Positions 1-8,502 of a stretch of DNA of 64,000 nucleotides are shown in pieces. The position numbers and the translations under genes are program-made. This DNA is from a virus, in IMG/VR virus record IMGVR_UViG_3300036860_000131, positions 1 to 64,000 of that record, one strand, 5' to 3'. The notes beneath the pieces are model-generated. The model was not told the DNA's origin, did not search any database, and saw only the letters and a program-made list of their open reading frames with translations. Numbering within the stretch: position 1 is the stretch's first letter; each line of letters starts with the position of its first letter.

Positions 1-56
1 CCAAGCTGGAACGATCGCCGGGAAGGACCCTGAAGCTTCGCCTGCAACGTGATGGC

Positions 57-224
57 TCACGCCGCCAGCCTGTCCTGCTCCAGCCACCCGGCGACAACCA
101 GCGCGGCCCAGCTCTGCGCGTTGAGGAAGCATTCGAGCGGCGCCTTGGCCGTCCTTGGCTGCGGCTCCTGCTCGCGCTCACGCATCGCGTGCCTACCGCC
201 GGGGCGCGTGGCGGCTGCGGTCAT
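57..224 (-). CDS. hypothetical protein (55 aa); may lie outside the prophage
   Basis: ATG at 224 overlaps the stop of the upstream ORF (ATGA coupling). No recognisable motif, and GC-rich shadow frames surround it. Confidence 0.25.
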   Translation of the reverse strand: MTAAATRPGGRHAMREREQEPQPRTAKAPLECFLNAQSWAALVVAGWLEQDRLAA

Positions 225-592
225 GCGCCGATACTCCGCAGATACTCTGGGGTGGGTGGCAGAGTAGCGGCCTCCGCTGTCCGATAGCAGATTTGGAACA
301 CAGCCGGCGGGCGCGTGTCGAGGCGCCGAATCCATACGACGCGGCGCGCTTCGCCTTTGCCTTTGGTCTTTCCTTCCCAGGTGCCGCTGATGGCGAAAGC
401 GATCGCCGTTTCTGGCGCGATGGACTGTTCGCGTTCACTCTCGCGCAGGCGGATGGGCCTTGAGGTTTTGTGGAGGGCTTCGAGCAGGGCCTGGCTGGAA
501 AGTAATGACACGGAGAGTGGGTGCGGAACGACCGCGCCGACGTAGCGGCTTCTCGAACACTTCTGCCGTCGGGACTCGGCAACTCTACTCAC
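221..592 (-). CDS. hypothetical protein (start uncertain)
   Basis: Open frame with a protein-like C-terminal half (ISGTWEGKTKGKGEARRVVWIRRLD) and ATGA coupling to the next ORF. No family recognised. Confidence 0.25.
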   Translation of the reverse strand: MSRVAESRRQKCSRSRYVGAVVPHPLSVSLLSSQALLEALHKTSRPIRLRESEREQSIAPETAIAFAISGTWEGKTKGKGEARRVVWIRRLDTRPPAVFQICYRTAEAATLPPTPEYLRSIGA

Positions 593-798
593 CTGATGGT
601 GGGTACGCTGGAAACATTATCATACCAAAATGTTGTTCTGTCAATCGCTTGCGGGCGCGGCTGGCCAACTCGCAGCGGTGTTGCAGCGGTTGTTTTGGTG
701 CCTTTCGTATATGCTTTGACTGTTTCGACCGTAACCAATTCAGTCAAAACGCTACGAAAATGAGCAGAGAAAATATTTGGATTGTGGTTCCAGTGGCC

Positions 799-826
799 GT
801 CGGTTCAAGTCCGACTACCCACCCCA
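799..826 (+). other. tRNA 3'-half-like element (T-arm, acceptor 3' strand, CCA); probable integration-site (att) remnant
   Basis: GTCGG-TTCAAGT-CCGAC (5-bp stem with a 7-nt T-loop-like loop) followed by TACCCAC-C-CCA. No D-arm or anticodon arm in the ~75 nt upstream. Confidence 0.45.
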
Positions 827-900
827 AACGGCTCAATGGGTTGCACGTGGAACGTCGGGCGCGGATGGCGGCGGTCGCAGCGGTGTTGCAGCAGTTTTCG

Positions 901-1542
901 TCACCGGACCATGTATTCTGGTATGACGCGCCCGAGTTCCTCGCTGCCACGCTCGTGCTCCGGTATCCAGAAAACGCCCTTGATTCGACCGAACAGGCCG
1001 TTGCCTTTGGTGTAATCGGCAAAGTGGCCCCGTACCCAGTGGCACCTTATCTCGATGGGTCCCTCGGCGTTCATGGCAGCCTGCTCCCTGCTCTGAACTT
1101 TCGGAATCGAACCCACCACGATCTCATGCCAGATGCTCATCGGGACTATCGGCTTCCTGGCACCAGCGCATAATACCGGCCCTACGGTGGGGCGTAGCTC
1201 CACATTTTTGCAATTCATTCGCATCAGTGCGTGGATTGCCACTTCCACGAGCGCTTCCTCCGGGAGAAGGCAGTTTAGTTTTTCGGCAGCTTTTTTCTGG
1301 AAGTGCGGTAGGGATTCATAGACCTCACTGAACCAGTAGGATCTAAGGCTTGCGCCCTTGACGCCGCCAATTGGCACGCTCACCCCGACTTCGTTTAATC
1401 CGACGCCGACATGGAATAAATCCGGGACGAGCATTCCTTCTAGTTCGCCGCCGAATCGGAACCTGAGTAACCACTTTGCGGATGGGAACTGTTGAGCCTG
1501 TTCCGAAGCTGCGTAATTGGATCTATCAACCCTATCGCACAT
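901..1542 (-). CDS. hypothetical protein (213 aa), cargo gene between att remnant and integrase remnants
   Basis: Long ORF. C-terminal motif IRCHWVRGHFADY...GVFWIPEHERG looks conserved but I cannot name the family. The N-terminal half lies in a lower-GC patch. Confidence 0.5.
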   Translation of the reverse strand: MCDRVDRSNYAASEQAQQFPSAKWLLRFRFGGELEGMLVPDLFHVGVGLNEVGVSVPIGGVKGASLRSYWFSEVYESLPHFQKKAAEKLNCLLPEEALVEVAIHALMRMNCKNVELRPTVGPVLCAGARKPIVPMSIWHEIVVGSIPKVQSREQAAMNAEGPIEIRCHWVRGHFADYTKGNGLFGRIKGVFWIPEHERGSEELGRVIPEYMVR

Positions 1543-1608
1543 GACGGCGAATCTCTGGAACGGCTTGCCGGAAGAAAAAAAGGGGATTTATATACTTGAG
1601 TACAGTGC

Positions 1609-1950
1609 TCATCGCCCACTGGAAGCCTCGACCACGCAATAACCGATTGTTGGCGATGATTCACGAGCAAGCTTTCTCTCGTGGAGGATTTCTTCGGTGT
1701 CCCTGGCTAATTGCTCAGGGTCCAGCGTCATGACGGCCCGCTGTGCGCCTTCGCTTGCGCTTACAAACACTTGCACGCGAATCTCGCGGCGTTTGAAGAT
1801 TGCCAGGAAATGATCCCAGCGTGAAATGCTGACTGTTGTGGTGCTATGGATGAACGGATCATGAATCGGCTGGACCTTGATGGTCCTTCCGTCTACTAGC
1901 GTCTCTACCGAAAACTGCTCCGTTCCTTCTTCTCCAAGATGCGCTTCCAT
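1609..1950 (-). CDS. hypothetical protein (113 aa), lower-GC cargo gene
   Basis: ORF in the AT-richer 1.3-2.3 kb patch, preceded by an AT-rich upstream region (1950-2160). No motif recognised. Confidence 0.5.
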   Translation of the reverse strand: MEAHLGEEGTEQFSVETLVDGRTIKVQPIHDPFIHSTTTVSISRWDHFLAIFKRREIRVQVFVSASEGAQRAVMTLDPEQLARDTEEILHERKLARESSPTIGYCVVEASSGR

Positions 1951-2325
1951 TTTTCTAGTTCTCCTTTGTTTTCAGCGGTGCTGTACTCATGTATATAATT
2001 CCCAAAAAAATCCCTCCAACCACATGCTCGGAAACGGTGGCACCATCGGAAGGCTCGTGTGTAGATCCAGCCAGAACCGACCGTCGCTCTCTGGGGTAAT
2101 GACATCGGCGAGGACGGAGTTTATGTTTACTTTTATAAAGATCTTATTTTTTTTCGCGAGCGCGACCAAGCTGCTCACTGCGCGCGCTCCTTCTGCTCCG
2201 CCGCCGTCAGTTCTACCATCATGAGCGATGGTCCGACTGGGCGGAAGGTGCTCAGTCAATAGATTGCATGAATGGCGAGTTCAACGAGGTGGTCGGGCAG
2301 CCTTCCGGCAAAGCCAGCCGCCGAT

Positions 2326-3264
2326 TCAAATGGCCAAGTTCAACGAAGTAGGACGGCCATCATCCGCGACGAACTGATGACCAAGATCGCGGCGATCGTC
2401 CCACCGGCCGACGTTCTCCGTGCCCAATCTGCCGCGAATGATCTCAGCGTGGAACAATTGCGCGGCTTCGTCGCTATGCTCTCCATGGGGATAGATATTA
2501 CGATCTGCGCCGCTCGGCGGTGCGCAACATGGAGCGGGCCGGTATCCCACGCACGACGGCCATGGCGATCTCGGGGCACCGTACGGAGGCCGTGTACCGG
2601 CGCTACGCCATCGTGAGCGAGAGGGACGTGCGGGACGCCGGCCGCAAGCTAGAGACGTACTTGCAGGATCAGTCGAAGCCGAAGGAGCGAGAGCGAAAGG
2701 AAACAGCGCAGTGAGCGACGCTTTTTTCGATAGAATACGCCGGGCCGTCGCTGACTTTATCCTTGCGACCACTGAGGCCACCGCGTCCTGGAACAGCAGG
2801 CCCGGCAGGCCGGCTAGCTTGCAGGCGGTATCCCATGCCTTGCGGAAGCTGTGCATCTGGTGACCGTAGCGGTGGAACACCCATTGGCATTCCGGATACT
2901 TCGCGTCGCGTGTTGCCCCCTGCATCTCCAGCCAGGCGGCCATTTCCCCGTAGATCGGAAGCACGCGCGGACGGCGGTTCTTGGTCTGGTCACCGCGGAG
3001 CTTGATGGTTTTATTCTCCAGGTCAACCTGGTCCCAGCGAATTGAGAGCAATTCGCCGCGCCTGCCCTTGCCGCGCCGCACGGGTGAAAACTCGCCAGCT
3101 GCGACCATTCGGCGCACCTCTGTCGGCGTCATGCCGAGGTAGTCCGCCGCCGCGACCATCGGCAGCAGCCGCTTTCGCGCCATGAACCTGCCGTCCAGTT
3201 CGCGCGCCACGCCCTTGACGATTTCCTTGACCAGCAGCTCGACGCCAGTGGGCGATGCGCTCAT
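2326..3264 (-). pseudogene. excisionase-like HTH fused in frame to an internal tyrosine-integrase fragment; integrase similarity ends near 2790
   Basis: N-terminus LLPMVAAADYLGMTPTEVRRMVAAGEFSPVRRGKG is an Xis/AlpA-type HTH. It runs directly into RRGELLSIRWDQVDLENKTIKLRGDQTKNRRPRVLPIY...AGLPGLLFQD (integrase box I up to just before HxLRR). The core-binding domain is missing, and the rest of the ORF (2326-2789) is Arg/Pro-rich read-through. Confidence 0.7.
2499..2714 (+). pseudogene. tyrosine recombinase C-terminal fragment (box II region with catalytic Tyr), on the opposite strand to the rest of the integrase
   Basis: In-frame translation YDLRRSAVRNMERAGIPRTTAMAISGHRTEAVYRRYAIVSERDV matches the HxLRR...GH...Y end of phage integrases. 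The frame opens only at 2442 and there is no N-terminal domain upstream. Confidence 0.75.
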
Positions 3265-6008
3265 ACCGCGGCTTCCTCCGGAGGCGCGAAGTCGAGCATG
3301 TCGAACAGGCCCAGCGCTTCCATGTCGCGCGCTGCCGCTTCGCAGTAACCGGCGGCATCCGCAGCGTATTGCTCATTGAGTTCGATGCACAAGCCTTTTC
3401 GGCCGAGCTTGATCGCGCGGTATGCCACACTTCCGAGTCCGCCGAACGGATCAAGCACCGTCTCGCCCGGCATCGTGTACTGAGTGATGGCGCGGTCACA
3501 GATATCGAACTGCATCGGGCATAGATGGCCCTGCTTGCCCGCCGCGGCTTGGTGACTGTTCAGGCCGAGCATTCTGGTTACGTCGGTCCAAACATCGTCG
3601 GACCAACTTGAAGGCTGTAACAGCATGAACGTCACTGGGAGCCGGCCGCCGCTTTTTACGCAGCGGCAGTCTCCAGTCGCGCAGCGCCGCTGCCCCACGT
3701 GGATATGCTGGCACTCGGGGCAGCGCTCGAGCGCTTCCGCGAAGGCGACGTGCTGCTCGAAGTCATATACATTCTCGCGCGTGAACTTTCGGAACGCCTG
3801 GAAGATCTGGGCATGGGTCATTGACGCGAGATCTTCGATGGACAGCAGCCTGTTGCCGCTCGATCGCGCGAACCCATGAGCATCAACCTGCCAACGACTG
3901 CGCGAATACTGCCCCTTGTTTTTGATCACAGGCGTATCGGCGTAACTGTTAACGGTGTCAGACGGCGGCTGGCGGAAGATGAGAAGATACTCCGGCATTC
4001 CAACACCCATCTTCGTTCCGTCTTTGCATTGCTCGGTCCAGCCGAGACGATAGGTTTGGTTGTTCTCGCGCACTACATCAGTCACGATGGTTTTCATCCC
4101 GAGGTAGGCGAGCCCGTGCTTTTGAAAGTGCGTGATCGCGTCCGCGTGAAACGGATACACGGTCTGGAATCCTAGTTTGTTGATTCCGCCAGGCACGATT
4201 CGGTCCTTGACATGGATTAACGCTATCCGACCAGGCCGGAGAATTCGCGCCAGCTCCGGCGTGAGGAAATCCATCTGCTGCCAGAAATGCTCGTTGGAAT
4301 CCGTGTGCCCGAAGTCGTTGTAGCTTGGGGTGTATTCGTACTGCGTGCTGAATGGAATCGAGGTGAGGATCAAATCCACGCTGGAATCCGCCATGTCAAT
4401 CGCTTCAAGAACGGAATCATTCTTCACGATCTTCCAGCCGTCGCCGGTAGACTCGGCACGCTCGACCCCAATCGACCGCTGGAGAACGCTGTCGATGCTG
4501 GACCGCGCGAGCCCGTACTCTCGGATGATGGCAGTCATCTCGGCCATCATTTCGACGTGCTGCGCCCATTTCTCTTCGAGAACGCGGCGCACTTCGCGCT
4601 CAGCCTCGGTATAGATCAGATCGATGCGGACGCGACGCTCCTGCAGGAATCTCTGAATGCGGTGGATCGACTGGATGAACTCATGGAATTTGAAGCCGAT
4701 GCCGAGATAGATCGCCCATGCGCAATGCCGCTGGAAGTTAGAACCACTCCCGGAGATCCGCGGTTTCGTTGCCAGTTCTGAAACTTCGCCGTCTGAGAAC
4801 TGGCGGATTGTCTCTTCGCGCTCTTCCAGATCCTGGCTGCCATAAGCGGACGCGACTCCCGGTATCGCCTTCTCAATGGCGTGACGTTCAGCTTCCAGGT
4901 CGTGCCAGAGGATCCGGTGTGCCGCCGGATCGATCGTGCGAATCTCCATCAGCTTCGCAACGCGGCCCGCCAAGCTGTCACGCTTCTCGCGGGCAGCATC
5001 GACGACGCCGATGGCCGTTGACTTCACAAGCCGCGCCTGGCCGCTCGTCTCGTAACTCACGGTCGAGTAGTCAGTCTCGATCTCGTGCCAGTTGACCTCC
5101 ATTTCCGGCAATACGTACCCCTCATCGTCGTAGCCAAGATCACTCGGCCGCTGAAGGAATATTCCCCACCCGGCGCACCAAAGCCAGAACTCGCGGCGCT
5201 TGTGTTCATGGATCGTCAGCTGATCGGCCTTCTCGGAATTGCGCTTGAAGAACCGCGTCTTCGCTTCGGAGATTTCCATGATTTCCAGGAACCCGGCATA
5301 GGCCAGCAATTCAATGAAGTCATTCGGCGCTGGTGTCGCGGTGGCCACGAACCGGAACTTGATATCGCTACCCTCGAAGATCCGCATGAACGCGCGGAAC
5401 GTCTCGGTACCTCCGAACCCGCGGAGGCAAGCTGCTTCGTCGAGCGAGGTTCCAGTGAACTGCCGCGGATCCAGTTTCCCATCGCGCACAGTCTCATAGT
5501 TCGTGAGATAGATCCCGGTGGCCGCACACTCCTCGATGCTGCGAACGAACGTGATCGCAATGCCCAGCTTCCCAGCATCCCGAATAAACTCTTGACGCAC
5601 GCCGAGCGGAGCGACGATCAGAAACCGGCCGCCCGCGCGTTTGCAAATCAGCCTGGCAATTTCCAACTGCATGAAACTCTTGCCGAGACCGAACGCCGCG
5701 AAGATTGCGCGTCGGCCGCCCCTGATGGCCCACAGCACGATGTCCCGCTGGTGCGGCTTAAGCATCGCGTTGATTTCATCTGGCTCGATTGTAGGCCCGA
5801 ACTCCGGTGAGTTGACCATCTTCGCCCGAAGGAATTCTAGATAGGCTCGTTTCTTCGCTTCCCGTGGATCTTCGCTCACAATCATGCACTCCTCGACCAT
5901 CCAATCCTGCAACCCGTCCCACGCACCGCGCTTGTCCGGCCCGTCGCCGCGAAGGTACTCGGCGCACGATGCCTGCTCCGTACGGCAACGCTCGATGCTC
6001 ATACCCAC
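3261..6008 (-). CDS. SNF2/DEAD-like helicase fused to an N6-adenine/N4-cytosine DNA methyltransferase (915 aa)
   Basis: Helicase motifs AAFGLGKS, DEAACL and ATATPAPN. Methyltransferase motif IV-like LILTSIPFSTQYEY and motif I VLDPFGGLGSVAYRAIKLGRKGLCIELN (beta-class order). A Cys-rich insert CPECQH...CATGDCRC is present. Confidence 0.85.
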   Translation of the reverse strand: MGMSIERCRTEQASCAEYLRGDGPDKRGAWDGLQDWMVEECMIVSEDPREAKKRAYLEFLRAKMVNSPEFGPTIEPDEINAMLKPHQRDIVLWAIRGGRRAIFAAFGLGKSFMQLEIARLICKRAGGRFLIVAPLGVRQEFIRDAGKLGIAITFVRSIEECAATGIYLTNYETVRDGKLDPRQFTGTSLDEAACLRGFGGTETFRAFMRIFEGSDIKFRFVATATPAPNDFIELLAYAGFLEIMEISEAKTRFFKRNSEKADQLTIHEHKRREFWLWCAGWGIFLQRPSDLGYDDEGYVLPEMEVNWHEIETDYSTVSYETSGQARLVKSTAIGVVDAAREKRDSLAGRVAKLMEIRTIDPAAHRILWHDLEAERHAIEKAIPGVASAYGSQDLEEREETIRQFSDGEVSELATKPRISGSGSNFQRHCAWAIYLGIGFKFHEFIQSIHRIQRFLQERRVRIDLIYTEAEREVRRVLEEKWAQHVEMMAEMTAIIREYGLARSSIDSVLQRSIGVERAESTGDGWKIVKNDSVLEAIDMADSSVDLILTSIPFSTQYEYTPSYNDFGHTDSNEHFWQQMDFLTPELARILRPGRIALIHVKDRIVPGGINKLGFQTVYPFHADAITHFQKHGLAYLGMKTIVTDVVRENNQTYRLGWTEQCKDGTKMGVGMPEYLLIFRQPPSDTVNSYADTPVIKNKGQYSRSRWQVDAHGFARSSGNRLLSIEDLASMTHAQIFQAFRKFTRENVYDFEQHVAFAEALERCPECQHIHVGQRRCATGDCRCVKSGGRLPVTFMLLQPSSWSDDVWTDVTRMLGLNSHQAAAGKQGHLCPMQFDICDRAITQYTMPGETVLDPFGGLGSVAYRAIKLGRKGLCIELNEQYAADAAGYCEAAARDMEALGLFDMLDFAPPEEAAV

Positions 6009-6280
6009 CCGCAGTTTCGCCAGTACCGCTCCCAGCGCCGCTGCTCCACTGTCGGCCCATCGGCGCCGGCCAGCAGGTAGATGATCGTCGTGTGATGCCG
6101 CCCGCCGAGCGCCTTTCCGATGCGCGGATAACTCCAGCCATGGCGGCGTAACTCGCTGGCGATCTCACGGCGCGCACTGACCAGGTGCCGCTGGCTGCCC
6201 TTGGCCCGGATTGCTTGCGCCGTCGTACTGTACTTCTGGGCAGTGGCGTTCATGATTTGAGTCAACAGCATCATCTCCAT
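5999..6280 (-). CDS. DnaA C-terminal-domain-like HTH protein
   Basis: RHLVSARREIASELRRHGWSYPRIGKALGGRHHTTIIY resembles the Bac_DnaA_C signature (..RDHTTV..). An ATG at 6274 forms ATGA with the upstream stop, and alternative ATGs lie at 6280 and 6304. Confidence 0.6.
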   Translation of the reverse strand: MEMMLLTQIMNATAQKYSTTAQAIRAKGSQRHLVSARREIASELRRHGWSYPRIGKALGGRHHTTIIYLLAGADGPTVEQRRWERYWRNCGWV

Positions 6281-6702
6281 CCGTCGGGGATAGACCCCAG
6301 CCACTCTTCATGCTCCCGCTTGTTTTCCGCGTGCATCTCCACACCTGGCGGGTCTTCGATGGGCACCCGGTTAATTGTTGGAACCAACCACTGCTCGTAT
6401 GATGTCCGGCGAAACAAGTTCGCAATCCGCTCCCGCATTCGCTCCTGCCCGGCGCGGAAGCCTACGGCGTAGGCGGCTACCTCATGATCGTGAATCATGT
6501 CCGCCTCATTGAACCATTTGGCCAACTCGCCAACCTCCGCATAAGTCAAATCGCTGGGAAGCGCGGCTTGTTCTGGGCAATAGCCGATCCGCGCCGAAAG
6601 TGGGATACCTTGGTTCTGCGCTTGTGCCAGCCAGCGCCGAACCTTCACCACGACCAACGGTACTTGGTAAAGGCTGGTCGATTCTTTCCGTTGATTGCTC
6701 AT
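6271..6702 (-). CDS. hypothetical protein
   Basis: ATG at 6702 overlaps the Gp37/Gp68 stop (ATGA). No motif recognised. Confidence 0.5.
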   Translation of the reverse strand: MSNQRKESTSLYQVPLVVVKVRRWLAQAQNQGIPLSARIGYCPEQAALPSDLTYAEVGELAKWFNEADMIHDHEVAAYAVGFRAGQERMRERIANLFRRTSYEQWLVPTINRVPIEDPPGVEMHAENKREHEEWLGSIPDGWR

Positions 6703-7721
6703 ATCGCGCCTCGCTTCGCGCCGTGCTCCGGCATCTGGCGCACGCGAACATCCTCTGGCCACTCGGCGGGATCGCCGCCCTTGAGATCGCGTAATGTGAG
6801 TGGCCTATGGCACCCGCCTTTCGCTGTGCCGGATTCGTGCTGTTCGCAGGCAAAGCTCCCCACCTGTTTCATGAACACACGTACGCCAGCCGCGCGGCAC
6901 TGCGCGATGATGCTCCGGGCCCAGGCGAGATCGAACGGTCGCGCGTTCGATCCGCTTTCGCCGCCGACGATCACCCAGTCGAGGCGGTTGCGCGACGTCC
7001 CCTTGTTTAGGCTGTCAACTCCCTCAAGTGCTGAGAATGTTCTGAACGAGTGCGCCGCGATTTGCTCCCGGATGCAAGTCAGGTCCACCGACCCCAGCAA
7101 CGGCTCGGCCGAGATGAACCTCACTGCCGCCGGTGTCTGCAACAGCAGCGGGATTCGCTCGTCGGCGTACTCCTGATTCTCGACACTGACGCCGAGCCAA
7201 CAATTCGGCAGCGGCCACGGAGTCAGGCCGTAACTCTTGCCGTCCATGCCAACGAACTGAAGCGAGTAGCCCGTGCCGCGCGCTGGCTTTTCAAGAAACG
7301 TAATCGACCGGCCAATCCTGATAGCGCAGTCCCGCATCCGCTCGGCTCGCTTTGTGAGCACCTGAAATACGTGCTGCGGGCACAGAGCCATCACGGCGAA
7401 CACGCGGTCGATCGCCTCATCTGGTAACGATTCGTGGAACAGGTCGGACATCGAGTTCACAAACCACATCGTCGGCTTCTTGCGCCTCAGTGGAACGTCC
7501 AGCATGGACTCAATCAGCTCCACCTTTCCGGTGAAGTGCGGCCGCGGATCGCGTTCGGCGAATAGATGGAACGGCTGTCCTTCGCCGCTGAACCGTGCCG
7601 ATATCTGCTCGGCGTAGCAATTCGCGCAGCCGGGCGAAGCGTGGCAACAGCCGCGCGTTGGGTTCCAGGTCATACCCTGCGCATCGTCTAACTTCACCCA
7701 TTCGATTTTTGTCTTCCCCAT
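6699..7721 (-). CDS. phage Gp37/Gp68 family protein (DUF5131)
   Basis: Canonical N-terminus MGKTKIEWV...WNPTRGCCHASPGCANCYAE and the family-typical length (340 aa). Confidence 0.8.
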   Translation of the reverse strand: MGKTKIEWVKLDDAQGMTWNPTRGCCHASPGCANCYAEQISARFSGEGQPFHLFAERDPRPHFTGKVELIESMLDVPLRRKKPTMWFVNSMSDLFHESLPDEAIDRVFAVMALCPQHVFQVLTKRAERMRDCAIRIGRSITFLEKPARGTGYSLQFVGMDGKSYGLTPWPLPNCWLGVSVENQEYADERIPLLLQTPAAVRFISAEPLLGSVDLTCIREQIAAHSFRTFSALEGVDSLNKGTSRNRLDWVIVGGESGSNARPFDLAWARSIIAQCRAAGVRVFMKQVGSFACEQHESGTAKGGCHRPLTLRDLKGGDPAEWPEDVRVRQMPEHGAKRGAI

Positions 7722-8211
7722 GTTCCTTCTTCATGTGCCTTTGCGCGTGGCACTTACTACACACAACCTGCACTGCGTAATGATGCTCTGCTGCATAACC
7801 GAGGTAGTGATCGTACTCGTGTCGCCGCCCCTTGCCAAAATGCCCACAGTCGAAGCACTGAATCTTATTAGGATTCGGAAGAGTTCCAGATCGCACATTG
7901 AGATTGACGAGGTGTCGAGCTTGCTTCTTGTCGCCATTCCGTGGCTCCCGCCGTGGCGGACCCATCGGCTTGCGCAGTTCTGGTGGTATCGGAACATACG
8001 AGTAAAATGGCTTCCGCCCCGAAGCCGTTCGGCATATTGCCTTGAGTCCATCGCCGCGTGATTGGTCATTGGAAAATTCCGTTCGCAGGTGCCACTCTCC
8101 GCAGGCGAAGCAGTATTTCTCGCCGGCCGAGAGATGCTTCTCATAAGCTCTAACGGAAATCCCGATCCTCCCAGCGGCAACCTTAATCGCGCCTTCTCGG
8201 GTCTGGGCCAT
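7510..8211 (-). CDS. HNH endonuclease-like protein with an out-of-frame C-terminal extension over the next gene
   Basis: CFDCGH...HEYDHYLGY...VVCSKCHAQRH is an HNH/zinc-finger core. The frame stays open for about 70 further codons across the start of 6699-7721. Confidence 0.6.
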   Translation of the reverse strand: MAQTREGAIKVAAGRIGISVRAYEKHLSAGEKYCFACGEWHLRTEFSNDQSRGDGLKAICRTASGRKPFYSYVPIPPELRKPMGPPRREPRNGDKKQARHLVNLNVRSGTLPNPNKIQCFDCGHFGKGRRHEYDHYLGYAAEHHYAVQVVCSKCHAQRHMKKEHGEDKNRMGEVRRCAGYDLEPNARLLPRFARLRELLRRADIGTVQRRRTAVPSIRRTRSAAALHRKGGAD

Positions 8212-8259
8212 GAGCAATCATACAATGGACGAACTAATCTTGTCCACTGGATGGAAGTC

Positions 8260-8502
8260 TTAGCCACGCTTCGCCCTCCGCTTCGGCTTTGGCTTGCACC
8301 ACGCCTCCAGCGCGGCCTTTGCCGCCTGCTCGCTGATGTACTCGCCGATGGATGTACCGCTGCCGTCGCGCTTGTCCTCAGCGCACGCCAGCCAGTGATC
8401 ATCCGGGTATTTCCTGCGCTCCACGCGCCCGAGAATGCGCCCGTCCACGTCGATGAAACGCCACTCGTCCCAGCCCGTTTTCTCCCAGCGCCGTTTAGCC
8501 AC
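8260..8502 (-). CDS. hypothetical protein (80 aa)
   Basis: GTG at 8502 overlaps the upstream TAA (GTGGCTAA junction). Ends KPKPKRRAKRG. Confidence 0.4.
   Translation of the reverse strand: MAKRRWEKTGWDEWRFIDVDGRILGRVERRKYPDDHWLACAEDKRDGSGTSIGEYISEQAAKAALEAWCKPKPKRRAKRG

Noticed and set aside
1-460. Several overlapping 70-130-aa ORFs in all frames at the left edge
   Set aside because: All are Arg/Ala/Pro-rich with no motifs. Only the two ATGA-coupled minus-strand frames were kept, at low confidence.
598-826. Complete tRNA, intron-containing tRNA or tmRNA gene
   Set aside because: Only the T-arm, acceptor and CCA are recognisable. There is no D-arm GG, anticodon stem, G3:U70 pair or tag ORF, and 229 nt is too short for a typical tmRNA or a group I intron insert. 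It is kept only as an att-remnant hypothesis.
2700-2730. Intrinsic terminator after the plus-strand integrase fragment (T6 run at 2722-2727)
   Set aside because: The preceding stem is only about 4 bp (AGCG/CGCT) with a long loop, too weak to call.
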